Source: Octopus sinensis (taxonomy: Eukaryota). Taken from it: a stretch of 30,259 nucleotides of DNA. Under the pieces are notes generated by a model. It worked only from the letters and a program-made list of their open reading frames with translations. It was not told the origin of the DNA and ran no database searches. Both the position numbers and the translations under genes were made by a program. Positions 1 to 9,749 of this stretch are shown piece after piece. Positions within the stretch are counted from its first letter, which is position 1, and the number at the start of each line of letters is the position of its first letter. Location: assembly GCF_006345805.1 (NCBI RefSeq), contig NW_021834750.1:1-30259 (forward strand), written 5' to 3'.

Positions 1-13
1 AGCAAAAGACGAA

Positions 14-75
14 CCACATATATACACATATACATACATATATATATATAGATATATAGAGAGAGAGAGAGAGAG

Positions 76-120
<45 letters not shown>

Positions 121-200
121 GAGAGAGAGAGAGAGAGAGATGGATGTATGGATATGCGCATGCACACATATACACACATACACACACACGCGCGTATACA
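14..200. repeat. Compound microsatellite (CATA)n/(TA)n/(GA)n/(CA)n
   Basis: Directly visible simple repeats. Confidence 0.95.
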
Positions 201-780
201 TATTCACGCATACCGACAATATCAAGGGTCATATTATTACAAATGGACGTAAAAATGTACTTAATCTAAACCGCAAAGATAAGCAGTTACAATAAAGGAA
301 AGTAAAAAACGATAAAATCATATCAAAGTGCTGATCAGCTATCTTTATGTATATACAACTAGAGCAGGCGAGATACGTTCTACACAGTCTACTAAGTACT
401 GACAAAAGACTGGAGGTAATTAGCGGAGGTTAAAGATTATTCATTTTTATAAATATATTTCACAAATTAATTACTGCTGAAAACAAATTAACGACTGTTT
501 CTCTCCACCACTTGTAATGGAAAAAAATCACTCCGTATAAGCTATATTTACAGGACGAGAAACAATTTATTTTCTCACGATGATGGGGCATGCGTTACAC
601 ACACACACATATACACACTCACAAAGATAAATACTGTCATACGCAACCACAAAGTTAGGCTTGGGAGGTCCTTAAGCAGGTATCCTGGTATTTCAAATAA
701 TTACTCTCAGCACCAGCGTTTTAGCTGACAGGAGAGAATGCAAGGCGAAATTTGAAGTTCTGTGCGCTCTACGAACGAAT

Positions 781-895
781 TATACATACACATACATACA
801 TACATACATACATACATACATACATACATACATACATACATACATCGTTCCATCTATCTATTGATCCATCCATTAATTCATCCATCACTCCATCC
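781..895. repeat. (CATA)n followed by (CATC)-like microsatellite; terminates the recognisable L1/Tx1 fragment
   Basis: Directly visible; explains ORF 752-934. Confidence 0.9.
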
Positions 896-2208
896 ATTGC
901 TCTTTCCGAAAGTTCTCCGGAAAAGAGCGGCTAGATGATCTTCTTCGACGCCCAAGGTCTCTCCAAGTACGTCGTTGCACTTTTCCTCTGCTAATCATCT
1001 ATAAAAGGCTGCAGTGGACGTTCCATCTATCGCAGTATCCGATTGGCTGAGGGCTGTGAGCGCTTGAAGACATTCCACTTTCCACATGCTCCCCCTCGGT
1101 CTCTATTTTACCCAGGACTGCAGCTCTGTTAAATAAACTAGCTGCGGAAATACGTATCTGGCGAACGCTGACCACGCTTGTTCACCGTCAAGGAAGCACT
1201 GGATATGTCGTAGCCTTAGCGCATATCTGTGCAACAACCACGGCTTGCCCAGGCCACCACTCAGGCAACCGACAGCAGATAGACCACCTGACCAACGAGA
1301 CGAGTCTCTTCCACAAGAAGTGGAAGAGTATATGCTCTAGCATTATCAGACGGTGGCCAGGACAAGGCACGATGGTCAAGCGATAGTAAATGACGGACGC
1401 AAAATACGCGTTAGCCACATCTGTCCGACCTTTCAGGGATAGCTTTCTCTCGGCTCATTTCTGGGTGAGAGTAGTCACCCTGCTCATTACCTCGTCCCAG
1501 TTTTTGTCCATCTGAAGGTCTGGACCGAACCAGACCCCAAGCAATTTAACCGGTCCCTCCGTCCAGCGCCCAACGCCCAACGACGCAGTTGGACGGTATG
1601 GACTTGCTTCTCCAGGTGCCGAGCCGCAAGCCCATTGATTTTTCCTGGTTAATTCATCGCTCTTGAAACCGCCGCGTAGTCCCTGAGAGCGGTGCCGATA
1701 ATTTCTATGTGTTTATGATCCGACACCACTACGGTGACGTCGTTGGCATTTGCCGACACGCATCTCCAATATCCTAGGTCATGCGGGATGCTTCTAAACG
1801 CCTCCAGTTTGGGTAGTAGCTTGGGAGTCAGTACATACAAGAGAGACGAGAGGGAGCAACCTTGCCAGATCGTGCCAGGTTCTTTAGCCACATTCTCAAT
1901 GATGTATCGCGTGAGTTGGAAGTTGTCGTAGATGGATCTTTTCAGGATGGCAGATGTCTGTGCCTCCCCTACCAGATTCCCGACGTCAAGCGCCAACCTC
2001 GTAGCTAACACTTGGTAAAAATTTTGAACTCTGCATTCAGCAGAGTTATGGGCCTAAAGTTGTCAATACAACCCACCCTTGTTCGGATCTTTTCTCAGCA
2101 ACGCCACCGCTCCTCGGCTCACAAAACTGGGAATTCTCCCATTCTGTTGCCAGTTGCAGTAAACATTTACTAAGAGGTCGCCGAACAGGTCTGGCATGTA
2201 TGCGTAAA
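890..2208 (-). mobile_element. Decayed L1/Tx1-clade non-LTR retrotransposon, ORF2 reverse-transcriptase region (pseudogenised)
   Basis: Minus-strand translation across frameshifts gives FYAYMPDLFGDLL...RGAVALLRKDPNKG..IDNFRPITLLNAEFKI, QTSAI.KRSIYDN, WQGCSLSSLLYVL (VRQGCPLSPLLY motif), SANANDVTV (degenerate YADD), PVKLLGVWFG, KLSLKGR.DVANAY.ASVIYYRL and LFHFLW. These are typical L1/Tx1 RT and post-RT motifs, with stops and frameshifts. Confidence 0.88.
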
Positions 2209-2947
2209 AGTGATACACGAGTAATTATTGCTCTATCATAAAAATGAACAGATGACACTCATATCATAGATGTTTGCTTGGCTTAGCTGCCTGACTGTAC
2301 GTCTGGCTGGCTGGCAACCCGCGTTTAACTGGGTTTTCTGATTGATGATAGCCTGACCGTACATCAGATGTTGAAAACAGCGTATGGCAATAGTGTTTGT
2401 TTATTTATAGAACGAAGTTGGTGTTTTGCTTTATTATTTTATTATTTTATTTTATAACAATCTTCTCTGTGAGAGGAAAGAAAAAAATGTTTAAATAAAT
2501 TTATCAAACACGGGTTGTAAATATAAAACATACTTTCGGTGGCCAGCTGGAGTTAGGGTACTTGGTGCAATAGTTAAGTGTGGGACTAGCTTTTCCACCT
2601 GTTTACTGTTCTGTGAGAGAAGTCTGCATTCGGTACACATATAATTCGGTCGTAGTTTTCAGGGATTTTTTCTTCTTCTAAAAATTTGAAAAGTCGATTT
2701 ATAGGACCACAGCTATCGGTAGTCGTGGGTTCAATACTCGGGTTGGGTACTGCATTGCATTCTGCATGTAAACACATTTATCAATAAACATGTACTTCAT
2801 TTGAATAGCTCCGAACAAGCTATAAGATGTCGCAAGAGTACTCAACTTCGACTGAAATACTTCTTATAGCAAAACAGCCGTAAATGACTCCTGTTTCTAC
2901 CTTTTTTTTTTTGTCATTCATTAATTGAAGAAGTTTGTTTCTTATCT

Positions 2948-3293
2948 ACATGGTTCCGGGTTCAATCCTTCTGCGTGGCACCTTGGGCAAGTGTCTTCCA
3001 CTGTAGCCCCAGGCCGACAAAAGCTTTGTGAGTGGATTTGGTAGACGGAAACTGAAAGAAGTCCGTCGTATAAATGTATTTAAGCGTGCGTGTGTGTGTA
3101 TCTGTGTATGTGTTTGTCGCCCACCACCGCTTGACAACCGGTGTTGGTGTGTTTACGTCACGTATCCAAGCGATTCGACAAATGATACCGATAGAGTAAG
3201 TGCCAGGCTTTATAAAAAAAAGTAATAAGTACTGTGCTCGATAGGTTCAGCTAAATTTTTTTAAGGCTGTGCCCCAGCAAGGCCGCGGTCAAT
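2948..3293 (+). mobile_element. tRNA-derived SINE group A, 5'-truncated copy
   Basis: Matches other copies in the window (ggttccgggttca..gcgtggcaccttgggcaagtgtctt...gcttgacaaccg...ggccgcggtcaa). Confidence 0.85.
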
Positions 3294-3649
3294 ATCCACT
3301 ACTGCTTCTCAGTCTCCTTGTAGATGGCTTGAGTCTTGGCATCACTGCACCCACTGCTTTTCATCTGAACGAAAAAGGACGTTTATACCTGTGAACAGTT
3401 AACAATCCTTTTCAGGGCTATTGTGAGAACGATAACACGGCCCTTTACATTTAATTCTTGAACCCCCTGCGATGTTCTTGTGGCTTCTCCAAGGCTTTTC
3501 ACCCTGTTGTTACTACATTATTTATGGTGTATTGGAAAAATCACTTCCTTCTCAATGTCAATTTTTGCAACTTAACGCAAAAAATATTTAAAGAGATGTA
3601 CAACGAAAAAAATGGTTGAACTTATTAAGACCATTGCCTAGTATTTAAT

Positions 3650-3678
3650 ACCCGAGTAACACCCGGTACTCCTGCTAG
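3650..3678 (+). mobile_element. Relic Helitron 3' terminus (degenerate hairpin plus CTAG)
   Basis: acccgagtaacacccggtactcctgCTAG parallels the intact terminus at 4050-4078 (acccgagcaacgccgggcgatactgCTAG). Confidence 0.6.
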
Positions 3679-4078
3679 TCTATATATATAAAAGAAAAGT
3701 TGTGTGGTGTCTGTCTCCTACGATTTAGATTCCTAACTACTCCCACATTTTGCAGTGCAGTTTAACCAAAAGCGGGTATCTTATAGTCGTGATTCATATC
3801 GAGCCCTTCTGGGTATTAGCGCGCGTCTACGATGAGTCTACGATTTCATAAAAAAATTACCATCACTTTTTTCCATTTTTAATGCATTTTTTGCTATTAT
3901 ATAAGGGAAGTAACTCTCTAAAAATGTCTACGATGGTCTACGATTAAAAAAAAAATTACCATAATTTTTTTCCATTTTTAATGCATTTTCTGCTATTATA
4001 TAAGGGAAGTAACTCTCTAAAAATGCTTATATAGTTATTTCCCTTACAAACCCGAGCAACGCCGGGCGATACTGCTAG
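3679..4078 (+). mobile_element. Non-autonomous Helitron (~400 bp)
   Basis: 5' TC start (tctatatatataaaag), subterminal GC hairpin cccgagcaacgccggg (4051-4066), 3' CTAG (4075-4078) followed by T, no TSD, and an internal ~100-bp tandem duplication. Confidence 0.8.
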
Positions 4079-4502
4079 TTTATAATAAAGCAGAAGATTT
4101 TGGTTTCCAAGTGGCTTCAATGCTGAAGTAAAGTAGCAAAATTCCTTCTTTTATTGGTTATGGTGTTTTTGCAGGGCAAATAGTCAGCTATAGTACTATT
4201 ATTAATAATACTAATAAATGTTTATATAGAATAAAGAAACTATTAAGACATTTAATAAAACAAGGGTTCAGTTTTCGTAAATTGGTTAAAACTTTTAATC
4301 GCTGTTTAGGTGGGAAACTTGAAATTTTAAATAAACATGGGGTAGCATCTAGTCTTCAACTTAGCAAATATTTAAATATTTGTAAAGATTTGGAATGTTT
4401 CCGATCAAGTTATTTGCTTACTACGTCACCAATATTGTTTGAGACAAATGAGGAAGTAATAATTACGTTCTACGTCATCTATAGTTAAAATAATCGTTTC
4501 AG

Positions 4503-4539
4503 TTCTGGAAGTGATGGAACCACGTGGTTTGAAAAACAT
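4503..4539 (+). other. Candidate 37-nt exon (SGSDGTTWFEKH)
   Basis: tttcag|...|gtaagt splice signals, with another pyrimidine-rich acceptor at 4586; no homology recognised. Confidence 0.2.
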
Positions 4540-4950
4540 GTAAGTGTTACTACTTTGTTGTTTTATTATCTTTTAAACACTTTCAGGATCTTTATATTTT
4601 GACCGACAGATTATTACTGTTATTAAATACTCTACAAAATATTTGCAGTTCTGAATAGGAACACGGAATTACATAACGAGTAAAGTTACCAGTAACTAGT
4701 ATCTTTTTCGAAGCTTGACTACTATATAAGGACCGCTGTGGACAGCCCGTATATGTTTTTATCGTACATTTAATTTTTTTCTATATGGTATAATTTAATT
4801 ATATCATTATTATTTCATTGTTGAATTGATAAAAGATGGTTCTTCTCTCATTTATATACGTATATTATATTTTGTGAAATTTGATTTAGTATTACGAAAT
4901 TGAACTTTTCCCTGTAAGTTTTAAATAATATTCGCTAATATTATTATTTT

Positions 4951-5250
4951 GTGTGGAGGCACATGGCCTAGTGGTTAGAGCAGCGGACTCGGGATCGAGG
5001 GTTCGAATCTCAGACCGTGCGATATGTGTGTTTATGAGTGAAACACCTAAGCTCCACGCGGCTCCGGCAGAAGGTAATGGCGAACTTCTGCTGACTCTTT
5101 CGCCACAACTTTCTCTCATTCTTTCCTCCTGCATCTTGCAGCTCACCTGCGACAGACCGGTGTCCCGTCCAGGTGGGGAACCTATACGCCAAGAAACCGG
5201 GAAACCGGCCCTTATGAGCCAGGCATGGCTCGAGAAGGAACAACCCCAAA
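4951..5250 (+). mobile_element. tRNA(Arg)-derived SINE group B (OR1/OR2-like octopus SINE, family assignment inferred)
   Basis: A box tggcctagtgg, B box ggttcgaatctc, near-identical to 26836-27146. Flanked by the direct repeat aatattattatt (4937-4948, 5251-5262). Confidence 0.85.
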
Positions 5251-5294
5251 AATATTATTATTATTATTATTATTATTATACACACACACACACA

Positions 5295-5332
<38 letters not shown>
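5251..5332. repeat. Compound (TTA)n(CA)n(TA)n microsatellite
   Basis: Directly visible. Confidence 0.95.
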
Positions 5333-5334
<2 letters not shown>

Positions 5335-5343
5335 TTATTGGTA

Positions 5344-5704
5344 GGCGGAGGTGTGGTTATGTGGTTAGAAGTTTGCTTCCCTACCATATGGCTCCTGGTT
5401 CAATCCCACAGCGTAGCACTTTGGGAAATTGTCTTTTTCTATAGCTTCGGGCTGACCACAGTCTTGAGAGTGGATTTCGTCGACAGAAACTGAAAGAAGA
5501 CCGTTGTGTGTGTCTGTGTTAGTCCTCCACCACCGCTTGACAACCGATGATGGTGTGTTCAAGTTCCTGTAACTTAGCGGTTCAGCAAAAATGGCCGATA
5601 GAATAAGTACTAAGCCTTCAAAATTAAGTCCTGATTTGTTCGACTAAAACCTTTCAAGGAGGTGCCCCAGTATGGCCGCAGTCAAATGACTGAAGATAAA
5701 AGAA
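5344..5704 (+). mobile_element. SINE group A, diverged near-full-length copy
   Basis: A/B-box head, group A body and ggccgcagtcaaatgactgaa tail. Confidence 0.85.
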
Positions 5705-6039
5705 CTATCTATTTCTTTCTCTCTGTCTATATATATATATAGAGGGAGAGAGTGTGAAAGAGAGAAATAGGGTGGGGAGAGTGGAGGAGGGAGAGAAAGA
5801 AGTGAGAATTGGCGACATTCCTTCGCGAAATAAAAATTTTTGTTTATTTCTATGGTGATGTGTTTAGTGCGAAACGGTAAACAGGTGACGATAGTTGGGG
5901 TGGAGAATGGATGAGTGGGAAGAAGAAATGATCGGGGTAGATGGGGTGAGATTAGATTGAAGGTGGGTAGGAGTTTAAGTGCCGCAAGGGAAACCGGGCG
6001 GTGGGTGTATCCGTTCGGATGGGGGTTTTGGATGCTGCT

Positions 6040-6290
6040 GGTGCTGATTGTGATGATGATGGTAAAGTTAGGAGTAGTGTAGGTGTTGGTTTTCGTGTTA
6101 CTGGTGGAGGTGGTGGTGGTGGTCGCGATGGTGAGGAAGGCGTTGGCGGATGGTGTCAGTGGAACTGGAGAAGTTATTGAATTATGGAGAAGTTTGGCGA
6201 GGACACACAGCTGCGGCGGTAGTGTGGTGGTGGTGGTGGTGGTGGTAGTGGTGGTGGTGGTGGTGGTAGTGGTGGTGGTCGTCGTGTTAT
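6040..6290. repeat. GGT/GTA triplet low-complexity tract
   Basis: Directly visible; explains the poly-T/poly-V ORFs. Confidence 0.9.
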
Positions 6291-6610
6291 ACTGTGTAGA
6301 GGGCAAAGCGGTAAACGAGAGGGAACAAAGTATGCGCGCGCATGTGTGCGTAGTGTAGCGTAGGAGATGGCACGTCTGTAGGTGCCGCTGGTTGTGGAGA
6401 TGGAAGGGTAGCAGGGCAGGATGAGGGGAGGTCAAGCGAGAATCGATCTGGCGGCGAGAATCGGGTGGAGCGGAGCGGAGTGTGGTTTTGGAAAATATGG
6501 TGAAGATGCCGGAGATGAAGTTGATGAGGGTGGATTATAGATATTCGTGTTTCCTTCTCTCTTTCCCCTCTCCCCCATACTCGCAGGGTTGAGGGTAAGA
6601 AGCAACATAC

Positions 6611-6736
6611 AGTGAAGAGGTGGTCAGCTTGGATTTCCAAGTCCTTACGATTTCTGAAGGTCACGCCAGAGCTGTTCCCACTTGTTGAAGGCAGCGTAAC
6701 AAAACCGTTTGAGATTGATGGAGTAGCGCAAAAATC
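6611..6736 (-). other. Candidate 126-nt exon
   Basis: Minus strand caactag|GAT...CACT|gtatgt. Phase-0 frame is open (DFCATPSISNGFVTLPSTSGNSSGVTFRNRKDLEIQADHLFT); an alternative frame reads FLRYSINLKRFCYAAFNKWEQLWRDLQKS*. Non-repetitive sequence, no homology recognised. Confidence 0.25.
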
Positions 6737-6781
6737 CTAGTTGTTATGCATGTGGTAGTAAAAAAAAAAAATAGATAAATA

Positions 6782-6984
6782 GGCACAGGAGTGGCTGTGT
6801 GGTAAGTAGCTTGTTTACCAACCACATGGTTCCGGGTTCAGTCCCACTGCGTGGCACCTTGGGCAAGTGTCTTCTACTATAGCCTCGGGCCGACCAAAGC
6901 CTTTTGAGTGGATTTGGTAGACGGAAACTGAAATAAGCCCGTCGTATATATGTATATAGATATATAGTATATATATATATAATA

Positions 6985-7061
<77 letters not shown>

Positions 7062-7281
7062 TGCGTGTATGTTTGTGTGTCTGTGTTTGTCCCCCTAGCA
7101 TTGCTTGACAACCGATGCTGGTGTGTTTTGTCCCCGTAACTTAGCGGTTCGGCAAAAGAGACCGATAGAATAAGTACTGGGCTTACAAAGAATAAGTCCC
7201 GGGGTCGAGTTGCTCGACTAAAGGCGGTGCTCCAGCATGGCCGCAGTCAAATGACTGAAACAAGTAAAAGAGTAAAGAGTA
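6782..7281 (+). mobile_element. SINE group A, full length with expanded internal (TA)n/(TG)n
   Basis: ggcacaggagtggctgtgtggtaag head, B box ggttcagtccc, CORE-like gcaccttgggcaagtgtctt, (gagtaaa) tail. Confidence 0.93.
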
Positions 7282-7289
7282 AATAAAAC

Positions 7290-7427
7290 ATTTGTGGGCC
7301 TTTTGTCATGAAGAACATGTACGAAGCACGAGTACATGGAATATGAACTATTCTTTCGAACAACGAAAGACACAAATGGAAAACAAAACAAACATAAAGA
7401 ACGACCCTTCATCAGCTGTTGGCTGAT
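7290..7427 (-). mobile_element. Interspersed repeat 'P2' (putative Penelope-like terminal fragment)
   Basis: Aligns by eye with 17263-17440 (acatggaata..tgaac..cgaacaacgaaaga.acaaatggaaaa...aaagaacgacccttcatcag). The Penelope assignment is inference. Confidence 0.55.
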
Positions 7428-7584
7428 ATGTGTATGTACACTAACACACACGCATCACTTCGACACCTGAGCGTGGAACACCTTGCAGCTGTTCAGCCAG
7501 CGTCGATTTGTTGGAGGGTGTGAGCTAATGTACAACACAAACATTTATTCACTGCAAACAAAACATTTCTGCAGGTCGTTTGGC

Positions 7585-7728
<144 letters not shown>

Positions 7729-7740
7729 TATGCATCATTC

Positions 7741-7953
7741 AAAATGTGACCTTGTGAGTACCGTTGGCGATTTTTTTCCCTCCGTGTTCCCTTCTCTGGA
7801 TCTTTCTTTTCTATGTTTCTGACGAAGAGCTCCGCTCGAAACGTTAAACCCTCCTTCTTCCCTTCCTTCCTGAGCGTCCAATAATACTATATTTGTTCCA
7901 CTCCTCCTCGCGTTGTTGTGTTTTCTCTCTGTGTTTTCATGTTTGATTAACTT
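7741..7953 (+). mobile_element. Interspersed repeat 'P1' (putative Penelope-like terminal repeat carrying a hammerhead motif)
   Basis: Related to 25081-25213 (gctcgaaacgt..tgagcgtc..taatac..ttaact), ends in a (TA)n tail, and contains CTGACGA..GAAA..GTC. Confidence 0.55.
7812..7886 (+). ncRNA. Type I hammerhead-ribozyme-like motif
   Basis: CUGACGA 7819-7825, extra A, stem II GAGC/GCUC (7827-7830/7834-7837), GAAA 7838-7841, stem III ACGUU/AGCGU (7841-7845/7873-7877), GUC cleavage triplet 7876-7878. Stem I is weak with a U.C mismatch at the first pair. Confidence 0.5.
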
Positions 7954-7987
7954 TATATAATATCATACTATATATATATATATATAT

Positions 7988-8032
<45 letters not shown>

Positions 8033-8262
8033 GTGTGTGTGTGGTGTGGTGGTGTGTGTGGTGTGGTGTATGTGTATCTGTATGTAGTGTGTACGTATGT
8101 ATGTGTGTGTATGTATGTATGTGTATGTATGCGTGTTTGTGTACGTATGTACATATTTACCCCGGGACACAGAACATATATGCATTTCTGGATCATATAT
8201 GCATTATATAACGTCGGTAAATCATAATTCCGCAAAAGAAGCACACTCTAAGTCATACTCGA

Positions 8263-8454
8263 AAGATAGATAAAGACGGTCTACGGGATTACCCTGGGTT
8301 TCACGTCCATGAAGCGTGTAACTTAACAGTGTATCATCAGACCCCACAACCAACAGGCTGCCAACAGGTTTTGGGGTGTGATGATACGCTGTAAAGCTAA
8401 ACGCTTTATGTACGTGAAACCCAGGGTAAATCCATAGATCGGCCTTATCTATCT

Positions 8455-8455
<1 letters not shown>
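8263..8455. repeat. Long inverted repeat / foldback (89-bp arms, 15-nt spacer); possible MITE
   Basis: 8263-8351 versus the reverse complement of 8367-8455 align without gaps, with 14 mismatches in 89 by manual count. Confidence 0.92.
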
Positions 8456-8503
<48 letters not shown>

Positions 8504-8544
8504 ATATATATATTTAGGGCGCAGCTATACACACGAATGCATGT

Positions 8545-8687
8545 TTCAGTTTCCGTCAACCAAATTTAGTCACAAGGTTTTGGTCAGCCCGGATCTATAG
8601 TAGATATTTACCCAAGATAACACGCAATGAGATTGAACCAAAGACCATATGGTTGGGAAGCAAACTTCTTAAACACACCCCTACACC
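8545..8687 (-). mobile_element. SINE group A, old 5'-half fragment
   Basis: Reverse complement matches the group A head and body (tttcagtttccgtc.accaaat...ggttgggaagcaa). Confidence 0.7.
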
Positions 8688-8853
8688 AACCCCATATATA
8701 TATATATATACACACCACACACACACACACACATAAGCTTCTTAGATTGATAAGGAGAGAGAGGGAAGAGAGAGAAAATTAAATGTATGAATGTGCGTGC
8801 TCGAGAGAGGTAGTAATTATAAAAAAATCATAAAAACGACATTGCGTGCGTGC

Positions 8854-8913
<60 letters not shown>

Positions 8914-9206
8914 GTGAGTGAGCATATGCGCGTGCTTGTGTGTTTGAATAGGGGGAAAAAGAGGGAGAGGAAAAGGAGAGCGTGAGAGAGGAGGCAGGAA
9001 AATATTTAAAGAAAAAAGAGTGGATGGGAGTGAGTGGGGATAGAGAGGATTTTCGGAGCGGTAAGAATTCATTCTTGTGGAGGAACTTGGCGTCTATTTG
9101 AGGTCATTCGGTACAAGATTTCATCGCTTCCCGCCACCAGTATGTTGTAGGTTTTCGACTTTATTTTTGAAAAACCCCAATCCTCTCTTGTGATGCCTGA
9201 CTAATG

Positions 9207-9261
<55 letters not shown>

Positions 9262-9371
9262 ATACATATATACATGCGCTCACGCACACACACACATATT
9301 CATACACTTTTATATGTATGTAAGAGTGTGTACTTGTTTAAAGGAAGTAATTTTATTGAAGTATATATGTG

Positions 9372-9415
<44 letters not shown>

Positions 9416-9749
9416 TATAACTATATATCTATATGTATATGTGTGTGTCTGTGTATATATATATATATATATACGTAGGTATGTGTGTATATATAAATGT
9501 GTGTGTGTGTGCATGTATGTATGTATGTATGCGTGTGTGTGTGTTTGTATGCGTGTGTGTACGTATGTACATATTCACCCCGGGACACAGAACTTATATG
9601 CATTTCTGGAAACCGGACACATAATCACGCCTGAAACATTTACCAGCCGCAGACCAACTGAAAACTAATTCCTAATTAGTTAAATATAAGTATGCTCTTG
9701 CACGACGAAAAAAGAAAAGAAAGAAAGAAAGAAAGGAAAGAAAAATGTT

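Noticed and set aside
2586-2777. ORF with ENYDRIICV, faintly like the Helitron Rep 'DxIISAEIPD' region
   Set aside because: The match is a few residues, the flanking Rep motifs are absent, and it is on the opposite strand to the Helitron termini.
4951-5030. tRNA-Arg-like heads at 4951, 11592 and 26836, and tRNA-like group A heads
   Set aside because: They run directly into SINE bodies, lack a complete acceptor stem and occur in multiple copies; they are SINE promoters, not tRNA genes.
5644-6435. Longest ORF (263 aa) and other poly-T/V/Y/I/H ORFs in the track
   Set aside because: They are translations of triplet and dinucleotide microsatellites, which lack stop codons by construction; no domain motifs.
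6587-6594. 8-nt microexon (cgcag|GGTTGAGG|gtaaga) on the plus strand
   Set aside because: It is frame-shifting, the pyrimidine tract is CT low complexity, and no supporting neighbouring exons were found.
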